A DNA stretch of 43,964 nt from Thecamonas trahens ATCC 50062 (taxonomy: Eukaryota; Protista; Apusomonadida), in the NCBI RefSeq assembly GCF_000142905.1, contig NW_013657628.1, positions 122,553 to 166,516 on the forward strand, written 5' to 3'. Shown here in pieces: positions 9,926 to 20,765 of the stretch. The notes under the pieces are model-generated. The model was not told the origin of the DNA. It searched no databases and saw only the letters and a list, made by a program, of their open reading frames with translations. A program made the position numbers and the translations under genes. Positions within the stretch are counted from its first letter, which is position 1. Each line of letters opens with the position of its first letter.

Positions 9926-12900
9926 CTACGCCTCAAGCCACACGCCCTGCCACACGCCCCACCCAAGCTCGCCGAGGAGAGCGACGACCGCAGCGACCGC
10001 CGCCTCGTCGCCGCCGGCCGTCGCGCCACTGGCACCCGCCCGCTGCCGCCACACCTCGCCCATGGCAACCGTGAGGGCGGCGGCGGGCCGCCCGTCGGCC
10101 ACAAACTTATCAACCGCAACCTTCCATCCGCCGGTGAGCTTGCTCACCTCATCGGGCGTAGCCCACGCCTCGAGGCCTCCCCATTCGCCCGAGGCCGCGG
10201 CGATGGCGACCAGCGCGGCGATGAGGTCGGCCTTCTCCGACGCTGCACCGGTCTCGCCGCGGCCAAGCGCCGCGGCAAGAGCGTCCTGGTCGACGGCGTC
10301 GACCGCCCGCTGAGCATACTCGGCCTTGCGCTCCGGAAACGCGTCGGCAGCGGCGAGCCAGGCGCCGGCCGACGCGCCGGCGGCGGCGACCGCAGCCTCG
10401 ACTCCGTCGGCGCCGACAACGCTGAGCCACGACTTGAGCGCTGCAAGCTTGGTCTTCTTCTCAGCAGCAGCCTTGTCCTCGGCAGCGGCCTTGGGCTCGG
10501 GTTTGGCTTCTCCAGCGGCCTTGCCCTTGGCCTTCACCCGCGGGCGGACGACGAGCGGGCGGACCTCCTGGACCTTGCCCGATCGCGAAGTGACGAGGCT
10601 CGCCGGCGCCTTGACAAAGCCGTACGAGCCCTCGAGCACGCCGCCAGCCGGCACGACACCGGCCTCGACCTCGGGCGCGAGCAAGTACACCGCGCGCCGG
10701 CCAGGGCCCATCGCGCACGGCTTCACCTTGTCGCTTCCGCGGCGGGCCATGGCCCCGGCCAACGAGCCGTAAAGCTCGAGCGCCACATCTGACTTGAGCT
10801 TGCGGACCACAACCAGCGGGAGAGTGCCGGTCAGGTACGGCTCAAGGTGGGCCATACTCGCGGCACGGAGCGCGACCGTGACGCTCAGCTTGCCGCGCGG
10901 AATCTTGACTGGCTGCGGCCACGCATCCTGTGCGCTCACTAGCCTGCCGGCGGCGTCGCGGACCACCACCAGTTGCCCGGCCAGCGGGGACTCGTAGAGA
11001 TGCTCCGAAATGATCGGCACCTTGAGCGTGACCTCGTCGGTCTCGGGCCCAGCCGCGCCTGGGTTCTCCAGCCCATACTCAAAGACCGCCTCCACAGACG
11101 GCGGGCGGTTCGGGAACGCGTCGCGCTCTGCCGAGAGGACCGAGACCTTTGGCGGGCCCGTCGGCGCAAGGTCCACGACCGAATGGGTGGCCTTGGCAAA
11201 CGGCGCTGCCGACACGGGCTGCGACCGCGGGTTGACCATGTCCAGCCGCGCGTAGCCGGCCGCGCATCCGTCGACCAACAGCGGGCCGGCGAGCGGCTCA
11301 GGCCCAAGGCCGGTGAACGAGACCTCGATGTCGAGCTCGGCACGCTTGCCCGACGCCCAGTAGTGGGCGACGACAAGCTCGACGGTGACACCGGGGAAGA
11401 CCCGGAAGGCCTTGGCCACCTCGCCTTGTCCGGTGCAGCGGACAACCGCGTCTGACGGCGTGGCGCACCAGAACGCGTCGTCGCGGACCGAGATCGCCTG
11501 CATCATGTACAGTGTGCTCGCCTCAGCGCCTTCGCCGGCCCGCGAAATCCGCACGTTCATGTAGTTGGCGCCTGGCGGCGGCGAGAGGAAGAACCGCTTG
11601 GCCTCGGCTGGCCCGAGTCGGATGCCGCCGACCTGCAGCTCGTCGATCCCGGTCAGTGGCTTGGTCACCACCACTGGAACCACAAACAGCGCCGGCGCGT
11701 CGGCAGGGGCGCCGGCCACAAAGCCCTCGATCCATCCAACATGAACCTGGCCAACCTCGAGCCCGGCTGTCGCCAACCCGACCTCAAACGACCGCCCGGC
11801 CGAGGTGAGGGCAAACGAGGCCGCCGTTGAGATCCAATCGGCAGAAGCCTTGAGGACAACGTCGGCGGCAACGAGCTTGGCGCTCGCGAGCGTGTCGCGC
11901 GGAAACACCGGCTTAACCTTGACCGACGCCACAAACTCGGCCGCGTGGATACCGGTGAAGCAGTCTGCGTCGCGGAGGTAAATGCCGCGTGCCGCCGGCG
12001 CGTACATACCGGGCACTCCAGAGACGCTCACCTCCCATGGAAGGGCAAGGATCGGGCACGCGCTGGCAGTCACGCTCTCAAGTACCGCATACAGCTGGGG
12101 AACGTCAATCATGCCGGCGCCGGTGAGGACCGAGTACTTGGGCGGCGGCCCACCGTCTGCGGCGTGGGCAACAGCCTCGCCACCGGCGTCGCCGTCGACA
12201 GGACGGGCTGAGGCCATGACCGCCCGCTTGACCAGCGCAGGCGTGAGGCTCGCTGCAGCCTCGGGCGCTTTGGCCTTGAGCTCGCCCAGAACAGCAGCGA
12301 TGCAGCCCGCCGCGAGCGGCGAGCTCATCGATGTCCCGTTCATGAGCTGGCCAGGCGCGAGCGTCCATTGTGGGACCGGCGCAATGGCGCCGCCCGGCGC
12401 GCAGATAGTCACGCCAAGCTCGCCATCAAACGACGGGCCGCGCGACGACCAGGTGAAGAGCGAGTCCTTGCCAGTCGCGTTGCGCATGGCGTACAGCTCA
12501 GACATCATGTCCTGGCTCACGTATGCGCCGACAGAAATGGCCGACGACGATGTGCCGCCCGGCGCGCCCACGGTCGAAAGTCCGGGGCCTTCGTTGCCGG
12601 CCGACGCCACAAAGATGACGCCGTGGTCGTTGACCATGGCGTTGAGCGCGTCGACCACCGCGCCCGAGTTGGGCAGCCGCGAGTGCTCACCAAACGACAT
12701 GTTGACCACGTCGAGCTTACCAGCCTCTGCCGCAACCGCGGCAGCCTGGCAGGCGCGAATGACACCGACGCCGGTCTCCATCCCGCCAAGCAAGCCGTCG
12801 CCGATGCGGAACGAAATGATCTGCGCGCTCGGCGCCGCCCCGTTGCGATGCGGCTCGTCCGGGTGGTAGCCGGCGGCGATACCAGCCACGTGCGTACCGT

Positions 12901-13663
12901 GCGAGCCCGAGTCGACTACAATCGACAGCGTCGCCCCCTCGTCGTAAATGTTGATCCCGTAGTTGAGCAGCGAGTCGAGCTCAAACGTGCCCCACTTGTG
13001 CTCGACACCAAACGGCGCGAGCCACGCTTCCGGGTCTGCAACCTGCCCGTTGCGGCCGACATCGACGACAGCACGCCAGACCTGCGCGTCGGTGTCAAAC
13101 GCGGTGAGGCAGTCAAAGACCGGGCCGCGAGCGACAACCTCGTTGCTCGCCTTGAGCGCCTTGAGCGCAGCCACAGCGTCGGCGTCGTCCGCCGCGTGCG
13201 CGGCAGCAACCAGCTCGCCGTGAGCCTCGTCGAGCTTGCGCGCCGCATCAGCCTTGAGCCGCTTGACGAGCGGCCGCGGGAAGAGCTCGTATCCGGCCTT
13301 GGTCCCGTGCCGCAGTGTGGTGAGATCGAGCGTCAGCGCGTCCGCCGCCGGGAGGACGAGCGGAATGCCGGTGACCGGCGAGACAATCACTCGCCGGCCG
13401 TCCGCCGCCGCATCAGACGGCGCTGCTTCCACGCCAGCAGCCGGGACTGCCAGCGGCGTCATCGTCACGTCGCCCGAGCCGGTGCAGTCGACAAGATCGA
13501 TGATCTTGGGCCGCCCGTCGGGCGTCCTCGCCAGGCCTGGCGCGCCCGGGTCGACTCCGGTGTCAAAGATGCCGATGACAGTCTGGTTCCCGGCCTCGGC
13601 CGCGCGGGCCGGGCTGTCGAACAGCGTTGAGAGCCGGGTGAGCGGGTGAGGCACGTACGTCAT
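9926..13663 (-). CDS. TPP2: tripeptidyl peptidase II (S8 subtilase)
   Basis: Catalytic triad GIFDTGVDPGAPGL, SHGTHVAGI, NGTSMSSP; DCTGSGDV and RGIYLR motifs typical of TPPII. Confidence 0.93.
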   Translation of the reverse strand: MTYVPHPLTRLSTLFDSPARAAEAGNQTVIGIFDTGVDPGAPGLARTPDGRPKIIDLVDCTGSGDVTMTPLAVPAAGVEAAPSDAAADGRRVIVSPVTGIPLVLPAADALTLDLTTLRHGTKAGYELFPRPLVKRLKADAARKLDEAHGELVAAAHAADDADAVAALKALKASNEVVARGPVFDCLTAFDTDAQVWRAVVDVGRNGQVADPEAWLAPFGVEHKWGTFELDSLLNYGINIYDEGATLSIVVDSGSHGTHVAGIAAGYHPDEPHRNGAAPSAQIISFRIGDGLLGGMETGVGVIRACQAAAVAAEAGKLDVVNMSFGEHSRLPNSGAVVDALNAMVNDHGVIFVASAGNEGPGLSTVGAPGGTSSSAISVGAYVSQDMMSELYAMRNATGKDSLFTWSSRGPSFDGELGVTICAPGGAIAPVPQWTLAPGQLMNGTSMSSPLAAGCIAAVLGELKAKAPEAAASLTPALVKRAVMASARPVDGDAGGEAVAHAADGGPPPKYSVLTGAGMIDVPQLYAVLESVTASACPILALPWEVSVSGVPGMYAPAARGIYLRDADCFTGIHAAEFVASVKVKPVFPRDTLASAKLVAADVVLKASADWISTAASFALTSAGRSFEVGLATAGLEVGQVHVGWIEGFVAGAPADAPALFVVPVVVTKPLTGIDELQVGGIRLGPAEAKRFFLSPPPGANYMNVRISRAGEGAEASTLYMMQAISVRDDAFWCATPSDAVVRCTGQGEVAKAFRVFPGVTVELVVAHYWASGKRAELDIEVSFTGLGPEPLAGPLLVDGCAAGYARLDMVNPRSQPVSAAPFAKATHSVVDLAPTGPPKVSVLSAERDAFPNRPPSVEAVFEYGLENPGAAGPETDEVTLKVPIISEHLYESPLAGQLVVVRDAAGRLVSAQDAWPQPVKIPRGKLSVTVALRAASMAHLEPYLTGTLPLVVVRKLKSDVALELYGSLAGAMARRGSDKVKPCAMGPGRRAVYLLAPEVEAGVVPAGGVLEGSYGFVKAPASLVTSRSGKVQEVRPLVVRPRVKAKGKAAGEAKPEPKAAAEDKAAAEKKTKLAALKSWLSVVGADGVEAAVAAAGASAGAWLAAADAFPERKAEYAQRAVDAVDQDALAAALGRGETGAASEKADLIAALVAIAAASGEWGGLEAWATPDEVSKLTGGWKVAVDKFVADGRPAAALTVAMGEVWRQRAGASGATAGGDEAAVAAVVALLGELGWGVWQGVWLEA

Positions 13664-13905
13664 GCTCGTGTCAGGTTGTGGGGTGAAGTAGCGAGCTGCT
13701 TCTTGGTCGCCTCTTGGCAGCCGGACGCGGCCGAGGGCGGAGGTGACGCCAGGCGAACACGTCCGGGTCGCCCTCGTCAGAACTCGTTTCTTCCATTGGC
13801 GAATGCCATCGTTTGTCGCTTGATCGATGCGACGCGCAACAAAGTTCAACATTTCATCGTTGCTGGCGAGGATCGATGACCTCGGTGCACGGAGGGGAGT
13901 TATTA

Positions 13906-14442
13906 TCACGGGTAGGTAGGTAGATAGGTAGGTAGCATGGGCCCGATGACGGAATCTCCGGTGAGGAAGATATGTGCTTTCTTACACGAAAAGTCAAAGT
14001 CATGGACAGGCACCAGCTCGCCGAGGCCGATGGCGGTACCGAGGAGTGTGGCCGAGTTGACCTCACCCGCCCATCCGCTGCCTGCATCATCCTCTACATC
14101 ATTGCTACCGGCTGCTCCCGCTCCCTCCCACGCGAGCCCGCGCCGCTTGGCTGTCGGTTGGCCGGCGGCGCGGCTGCGCTTGCGCTTGCGGCGGCCACCC
14201 TTCCCGGCGCGCTTGCGAGTCGACGCCGAAGCAGCAGGCGCCAGCACATCAGCTGCATCGATCCCGCCCGACGGCACGACCACCGATGGCGGTGGTGGGG
14301 ACAGCGGCGGATGCGCAAGCCGCGGTGGCGGCGGTGGCAGTGGTGTGGCCTTTGCTCGCGCCGCGTCGAACGCAGCGGACGCCGACTGCCGGGCCTTGGC
14401 GTGCCGGAGATCACGGGCGAGCCTGCGGGTATGAAGCGCCAT
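13906..14442 (-). CDS. hypothetical basic protein
   Basis: ORF MALHTRRLARDLRHAK... with NLS-like RRKRKR; no family recognised. Confidence 0.45.
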   Translation of the reverse strand: MALHTRRLARDLRHAKARQSASAAFDAARAKATPLPPPPPRLAHPPLSPPPPSVVVPSGGIDAADVLAPAASASTRKRAGKGGRRKRKRSRAAGQPTAKRRGLAWEGAGAAGSNDVEDDAGSGWAGEVNSATLLGTAIGLGELVPVHDFDFSCKKAHIFLTGDSVIGPMLPTYLPTYP

Positions 14443-15005
14443 GTTTGGCGGCGGCGTGACCGCCAGGATGGACCCCGCTGCGGGCAGAGGTGCCCGGCCG
14501 CGGCGTAGCGCCCGAGCCCGAGTCTTGGCACAGATGGGCGCCCTCGATGGCCGGCCTGGTTGGTCGCTAAAAAACGTTTCACGACCTTTTCCGGCCGGCA
14601 CGCCTGCAACCACCGGACGCCTTGGTCGGTACAAACGCGGCCTAGCTCGCCGCACAACGCCCATCTTGATCGTCATCACAGCTTGGTATGTAAGTGCTGC
14701 TTCTGCCTTGTCGATATCACCTCTCTTCACCTAGATGCGAGAGCAGTGTGTATCCTCATACCCCGACGACCGACACCGTCGCCGACTGGCCGCTGACATG
14801 TCGCAGGAACAGCAAGCAACAAAGGAATCTACTGGCCCAACATGATCTTTCCTTCTCCCTCCCTCTCTCTCCCTCCCTTCCTCCCTCCCATCCGTGCCCA
14901 CTCGCATCCATCAAGACGCATTAACTAACCCCCGATCAAGGCAAGCAAACGAAACTGGCCGGCTGGCCGGCTGGCTGGCTGAGCTTGATGAGGAGGGTCC
15001 CGAGC

Positions 15006-15015
15006 AAAAAAAAAA
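15006..15015 (-). terminator. Pol III oligo-T terminator of tRNA-Asn
   Basis: T10 run just 3' of the tRNA on the minus strand. Confidence 0.8.
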
Positions 15016-15022
15016 GAAATCG

Positions 15023-15095
15023 CGGTCAGGCAGGGTTTTGATCCCCGGGCCTTTCGATTAACAGTCGAACGCTCTACCAACTGAGCTACCCAACC
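15023..15095 (-). tRNA. tRNA-Asn(GTT)
   Basis: Cloverleaf GGTTGGG/CCTGACC, D arm GCTC/GAGC, anticodon arm TTCGA-CTGTTAA-TCGAA, T arm CGGGG/CCCTG; 73 nt. Confidence 0.93.
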
Positions 15096-15250
15096 TGCTG
15101 ATCTCCACTGCACACACCTTCAGTATTAGATCTGTACATTGCTTTGCTCACCATGGTTGCCAATCCTCACAGCCCCCCCCCTCCCCACTTCCTCGACACA
15201 TCACAACACAACTCTCCACGGCATTCTCACACAGAGTCAATATCCACAGT

Positions 15251-18200
15251 TTACACGCTGGAGAGCTCACCCCAGGTATCACTCGCCAGCTCCCGCCCGA
15301 TGTCGTCTTCAAAGACGCCACCTGCTGTGGGCAACGGGGTGTCATCAGCGACAACACGAACGCCCCACACGTCTGAAGACCCGTCGGCGTCGTCTTGGCC
15401 GCCGCCGCTAAAGCCCGAGCCCGAGGTCGAGGTCGAGCCCGTGTCGACAAGGTCGGCCATAGGCACAACGCCAGCAAATAGCTCACCGCCACTGCTGTTG
15501 CTTGGAAGTGGATGATCAACGCCCGAGACAGTGACTCGCGACGCCGAGACCACTGACGACGACGCCATGGTCGACTCGCCCGACGAGTGCAGCATGCTCC
15601 GGAGGTGCGGTGGGAGCTCACGGAGCTCGGCGCCGGGCTCGTGCGAGTTGGCCGAATCTACAGCCCGCCGGTTCGAGACCCGGACCATCTTTTTGCCCGG
15701 AGCGGTCTTGACCACCTGTCCGATGCGAAACGCGCCGCGAGGGAGCGCCAGCACCGCGTGGACCGACGGCTCCGACTCGCCGACCGGGAGGACAAGGAAC
15801 CACGGCGAGGCCACGTGCTCGTTCCCCGGTACAATGACCCGGAGCGGGACGTGTGGGCGGACTCGCCGGTTGATCGCCGCCCGCCGCTGGAACGCCGCCG
15901 TCGACGGTGCCTCCAGTGACTCGCGTAGCTTCTTGACCAGCACCGCAATGAGGATGACCGCAATAAGCGCTCCAAAGAACACACCCACAAAATACACGAT
16001 CCAAAACGCAGAGTTCGACGGCGGCTTATCCGGTGAGCTCAGTGATGCCGTCACATGGTATCGGCACGCCGAGAGCCCACCGCTGCACTGCAGCGTCACG
16101 TAGAACGCGCCCACAGGCATGACGTCGTCGGTAAACTCGGCCGGCGTCACCACCAGCGAGCCAGGCGAGATGACGTGCCACTCAAAGCCGGCCTCACTCG
16201 ACGGCATAAAATGTTTGGTCGAGACAAACATGGCAACCGGCGGGCTGCTCGTCACCTTGATCGTCACCGTCTGGTCACCTGCCGTCGTCCACAGCGAGAG
16301 CTGTCGCCGCTGCCCAGACTCGAGCACCCCGTTGCGCGAGGTGCCCGGCGTCATTTGCGTCACCACAGGGCAGCCTGATGCCACGTACGAGCCGCACGGC
16401 GAGCCAACCGGCCCAGTCGTTGCGCCCGTCACACACGCGCCAATCCCCGTGTCGGACGTCATGAACGGACAGTACCCACACGACGGCTCCGCGGTGCACT
16501 GCTGACATGCCTCGTCGCGCCCGACCTCAACAATCCGCGACGCGCACACCGCGTCGCAGTTCGCAAAGCTCCACTGCTCCGCCAGGCACGTGCCCACCAC
16601 CGTTGTCGGGCCCGAAGGCGTCCCACGCATGCACTTGTCCTCCGCCCCGCACCACCCGCACTCGGCCAGCCCTGTGCACGACCGGCATGACGAGGCGTCG
16701 GCGCACCGAACAGGGCAGCTGCTCGAGTGCCAGTCCTGGGCGGGACACTCGCCAAGGTCAAACGAGTACCGGCATCGCTCAGACGTCGCGCACCACATGC
16801 AGTGCGAGTGCGCCGTGCACTCGTCACACCCGCTCTCCGCCGTGCAGTCGGCCGGGCATGACGAGCCAAATGCCCACAGCGAGCACGCAGGTTCGACTTG
16901 CGGAATGGTTCCGGGCGTCGCGTGATAGCACCGCCCCGACGAGGCACACCACCCGCAGACCCCAGACCCGACCCCGAGGCACGTCGAGCATGTCTGAAAC
17001 GTCCCACAGTCAATCGGGCAAGACGCATAATACCACTCGGTCACGCCACAGCTTGGCTGATCCCCATCCGGTCCTCTCGTCCCACCACGGATGCAGCTGC
17101 TCGTCTCGTCGCACCACCCGCAGCACGCCGACGAGCCGCCGGAAAAGCCGGCAAGGCACTCGTCGCAATCGCTTGCGGTGCATACTGGACACGTCTCGGT
17201 GTAAAACTCGCGGACAGGCGCGCCATTGCACGCTTCGCTTACCGTGCACGACGCTGTCGTGCAGCACCATCCGCACTCGGGGTCGTCCAGCGCCACGCAT
17301 GACGAGCACGACCCACGCCCAAGCACCGAGCAGTGGCCGGCACAGTTGTACACGTCAAAAGCGAGGCAGGTCAGCCCGTTCTCGTACGCTCCAATGCTGC
17401 CGTCACCCGGCACGCACCCGACGCCCTCACACCACCCGCACCCCGCCACGTCCACGCACGCTCCGCAACTCGCCGCTGCGGTGCAGTTCGGGCACGCCAC
17501 GCCGTACAGCCAGCCCGATGAGCACGTAGCAGGCGCCACCGCCCCGCCGCGCTCGCAAATCTGGCTGGCCCCGCACCATCCACACGCAGGATCAGCCCCA
17601 CACTCCTCACAGCTCGTCCACGCTCCGCACACCGGGCAAAACCCGACGTCGTACGTTTCGCACTCGGCCTCCAGCGGAAGTGTCAGGCTTCGGTTGCCTG
17701 GCGGGCCCACAAACGCGCCCTCGAGGCACTGACCCGCGTCCACGCAGTATGCGCACCGCAAATCGCTCACGCATGCGTCACACCCGAGGCTGCTCTCCGA
17801 GCACGGGCACTCCCAAAAGTACCAGTTGTCAGCAGCGCACGACGCCGGCTCCGCCGCCGTTCCGTCCGCCATCGCGTTGCTCGCCCCATGCGGGCCGTTC
17901 GTGTCGCCGGCCACACATGTTGCCGTGCTCGAGCACCATCCACAGTCAAGCGCATCCGTGCACGATCCGCACGTCGAGTGGGCGCTGCATGGCGCCGGGC
18001 AATCGCCCAGCCCAAAGTGCCAGTCCGGACACTCGGCGTACGGGTACGCCATGAGGTAGTCAGTGGAGGAGAAGCAGTCGTCAGTCGACTCGCAGTACAT
18101 GCAAAGCGCGCCTGTGCACTGTCCGCACCCCGACAGCGCCTCGCACCGCGTCCGGCATACCCCTGCGGGCAGCGGCGACGATGTCGGGCACGCGTTCGGC

Positions 18201-20470
18201 ACCGACTCGTCAAAACAGTTCCCACCTCCACCCAAGTGGCACCAAGAGCACCCGTCCACGTCCATGCATGCGTTGCACTCGACCGCGCGCGTGCAGTCGC
18301 GCGTCTCCGGGCACATCGCCGGACTTGACACCGGCGTCCCGCTACAGCTCCCACTCGCCATGCAGCTCGACGTCGCGGTGCAGTACTCACAGTCTGCTCG
18401 CCGGGCACAGTCGGAGCAGCCTGACGACGACAGCGCCGCGCATCCTTGATCCAGGCACCCATTGGGCATTCCGGCTTCACCGTCGCACGCTCCGGGCTCG
18501 TCTCGTAGCGGCCGGCATTGCTCGGCAAACGGGCACCACACACACGACGGATGCCGCCCACAATCGTAGCAGCTCGAAGAAAGCTCGTCGCAGGCAGACC
18601 GCCCGCCGCTGTACGCCGCCTCCACGCTCGGTGGCAGTACGTCGACAATATCCCAAGTCCACGCAGTCCGTGCCATCACACCGGTCTCAAAGCCGCCCAC
18701 CAGCACCACGCCCACACTCGGCACCACCGCGGTGCTGTGTCCGTACCGCGCTCCAGGCCATGGTGCATCAGGCGTCGGCGCACGCACCATGTCCGACCCC
18801 AGAAACACCCACTTGTCCGCGGAGAACACAAAGGCCCAGGCGTCGTCGCCAAAGCATGCCGGCGGCAAAGACGGTGACGGTGACGTCGTGATTCGCCCGC
18901 CTACCACAAGCATCACGTCCGAGGACAGCGCTACCGCAGAGTGCAGGTACCGCGCCGCCGGCCACGGGTCAGACTGGCCAGGCGTGATCTGGCTCCACGT
19001 CCGCGTCGGCCCGTGGAGGAGCCACAAGTCCTGTAAATCGATTCGGTTCGGCGCAGAGCCTCCAAACAACGCCAGTGATGCCGTACCCGGGAGCGAGACA
19101 AGTGACCCGCCCTGTCGCGCACGCGGCCACGGATCGTCCGGCCCGCTCACGTAGCTCACCCACGCGTCGACGATCGGATCAAAAATCGCCAGCCGGTGTG
19201 AAAACCCGGTATCAGCCGCGTATCCACCAAAGACATAGATAAGCCCGTCGCTGTGGTAGGCTGCTGCCGCCCCGGTGCCAGCCAGCAGCCCCGGTTCGCC
19301 AGGAGCGCTTATCTTGCGCCATGTCCCGCTCACCGCCGGTACAGTTCCGTTGAGCGACAGCGCGTACACCTCGGCCGTGTACACATTCTCGGCCGTCTCG
19401 CCACCAAACACATACAGCGTCTGACTCCCAGAATGGTACGCCCCGGCCGCACCCGACCGAGGTGCTGGCACCTGGCCGGAGACCGGCACTGTCACCTCGG
19501 TGCCGGTCCCGGCCAGGTGCGGCTCAAACACGACAGCGTCGCTACGGTACGACCGCCCATAGATCGAGCCACCGCCAAAGACCAGCATGTAGCTCTCTGA
19601 CACCGCTACTGCGACAGCCTGCGTCCGTGCAAGCACTGACGGCTCCCAAGCTGGCAGCCCGCCACTTGGGTGCTCTCTCCACGGCACAGTCTGCGAGTCG
19701 GACAGGATCGAGGTTGCGCAGTTGGGGCCAGTGTACCCGGCATCGCACTCGCACACGTACTCCGGCCCGAGACACGAGCCATGGCCCGAGCACTGCGAAT
19801 CGCCAGCACAGGCCTCGCGACGGCAGTCCGGGCCGGCCCAACCAGCGCTGCAGGTGCACTTGCCTGAGCTCACCTCGCACATCCCATGGCCAGAGCAGTT
19901 GAAGGGGCATGGCGATGCTGAGACAGTGACAGACCACCCAGGATAGGTTACAGCTTGATCCGAGACAAACAGCAGTGAAGCCACGTTGGATGACGAGAGC
20001 AACCTCTGCGGAGGATCCAAACCCGACAAGACAGCTAGTAGTTTCGGAGCACCATCGACCACGTTATCATCATCAAACACATAAACATGATCCCAACCAC
20101 ACTCTGTAGCAAACGAGGTAAAGTCAAAGCCAAGTCGAACACCATCATCTCCCACCACTTTCCAGCCACACTCGACGTTGACGAGGTATTCACCACTTCC
20201 CGACCCATCATCGATGACCACCACAGACGGCCACGATGATACTGAAGATGATGATGTTGATGCTGTTGATGCTGATGCTAGTACTGATGCTGATGCTAGT
20301 ACTGATGCTGATGCTGATGCTGATGCTGATGCTGATGGTGGTAGTCCCCCACCCATCCGCACCACATGCTTTCCTGCACATACCGCCCAAACCGGTGTCA
20401 CCCATGTCTCCAAGCAAGCGGCTGCCAGGAGAAGAACAACCAAGACATGGCTGGCAAGGACCATTGCCAT
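15251..20470 (-). CDS. attractin/MEGF8-like type I membrane protein (CUB, EGF, kelch, many PSI repeats, TM)
   Basis: Signal peptide, CUB (FATECGWDHVYVFD), EGF (CSGHG.C), kelch (LYVFGG), more than 10 CxxCxxxxxCGWC PSI repeats, single TM near C-terminus. Confidence 0.9.
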   Translation of the reverse strand: MAMVLASHVLVVLLLAAACLETWVTPVWAVCAGKHVVRMGGGLPPSASASASASASVLASASVLASASTASTSSSSVSSWPSVVVIDDGSGSGEYLVNVECGWKVVGDDGVRLGFDFTSFATECGWDHVYVFDDDNVVDGAPKLLAVLSGLDPPQRLLSSSNVASLLFVSDQAVTYPGWSVTVSASPCPFNCSGHGMCEVSSGKCTCSAGWAGPDCRREACAGDSQCSGHGSCLGPEYVCECDAGYTGPNCATSILSDSQTVPWREHPSGGLPAWEPSVLARTQAVAVAVSESYMLVFGGGSIYGRSYRSDAVVFEPHLAGTGTEVTVPVSGQVPAPRSGAAGAYHSGSQTLYVFGGETAENVYTAEVYALSLNGTVPAVSGTWRKISAPGEPGLLAGTGAAAAYHSDGLIYVFGGYAADTGFSHRLAIFDPIVDAWVSYVSGPDDPWPRARQGGSLVSLPGTASLALFGGSAPNRIDLQDLWLLHGPTRTWSQITPGQSDPWPAARYLHSAVALSSDVMLVVGGRITTSPSPSLPPACFGDDAWAFVFSADKWVFLGSDMVRAPTPDAPWPGARYGHSTAVVPSVGVVLVGGFETGVMARTAWTWDIVDVLPPSVEAAYSGGRSACDELSSSCYDCGRHPSCVWCPFAEQCRPLRDEPGACDGEAGMPNGCLDQGCAALSSSGCSDCARRADCEYCTATSSCMASGSCSGTPVSSPAMCPETRDCTRAVECNACMDVDGCSWCHLGGGGNCFDESVPNACPTSSPLPAGVCRTRCEALSGCGQCTGALCMYCESTDDCFSSTDYLMAYPYAECPDWHFGLGDCPAPCSAHSTCGSCTDALDCGWCSSTATCVAGDTNGPHGASNAMADGTAAEPASCAADNWYFWECPCSESSLGCDACVSDLRCAYCVDAGQCLEGAFVGPPGNRSLTLPLEAECETYDVGFCPVCGAWTSCEECGADPACGWCGASQICERGGAVAPATCSSGWLYGVACPNCTAAASCGACVDVAGCGWCEGVGCVPGDGSIGAYENGLTCLAFDVYNCAGHCSVLGRGSCSSCVALDDPECGWCCTTASCTVSEACNGAPVREFYTETCPVCTASDCDECLAGFSGGSSACCGWCDETSSCIRGGTRGPDGDQPSCGVTEWYYASCPIDCGTFQTCSTCLGVGSGVCGWCASSGRCYHATPGTIPQVEPACSLWAFGSSCPADCTAESGCDECTAHSHCMWCATSERCRYSFDLGECPAQDWHSSSCPVRCADASSCRSCTGLAECGWCGAEDKCMRGTPSGPTTVVGTCLAEQWSFANCDAVCASRIVEVGRDEACQQCTAEPSCGYCPFMTSDTGIGACVTGATTGPVGSPCGSYVASGCPVVTQMTPGTSRNGVLESGQRRQLSLWTTAGDQTVTIKVTSSPPVAMFVSTKHFMPSSEAGFEWHVISPGSLVVTPAEFTDDVMPVGAFYVTLQCSGGLSACRYHVTASLSSPDKPPSNSAFWIVYFVGVFFGALIAVILIAVLVKKLRESLEAPSTAAFQRRAAINRRVRPHVPLRVIVPGNEHVASPWFLVLPVGESEPSVHAVLALPRGAFRIGQVVKTAPGKKMVRVSNRRAVDSANSHEPGAELRELPPHLRSMLHSSGESTMASSSVVSASRVTVSGVDHPLPSNSSGGELFAGVVPMADLVDTGSTSTSGSGFSGGGQDDADGSSDVWGVRVVADDTPLPTAGGVFEDDIGRELASDTWGELSSV
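20255..20336. repeat. (GATGCT)n coding microsatellite (Ser-Ala run)
   Basis: Visible hexamer tandem repeat. Confidence 0.8.
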
Positions 20471-20765
20471 GATGTAGACAAAGGAGGAAGGTGGAGGGTG
20501 GAGGGGGGGAGAGGTAGGGGGGGTAGGGGGGGGGGGGGGTGAGAGGGTAGGGGGGGAGGGTGAGAGGTGTGGGTGAGGGGGGAAGGGGGCGGGTGCCGGT
20601 GGCGAAAGCGTGTGGTGTTGTTGGCTTGCAGCTGGCGCGATCACGACCGTCGTGGCGGATTGGTCGCCATGTGGCTAGGTTGGGCTTGGCTGGCTGGATA
20701 AGGATCAGGATAATACGGACACAAACAGTTTACGGTTGATAGACAGAGCGAACAAGCTGTTGTTT

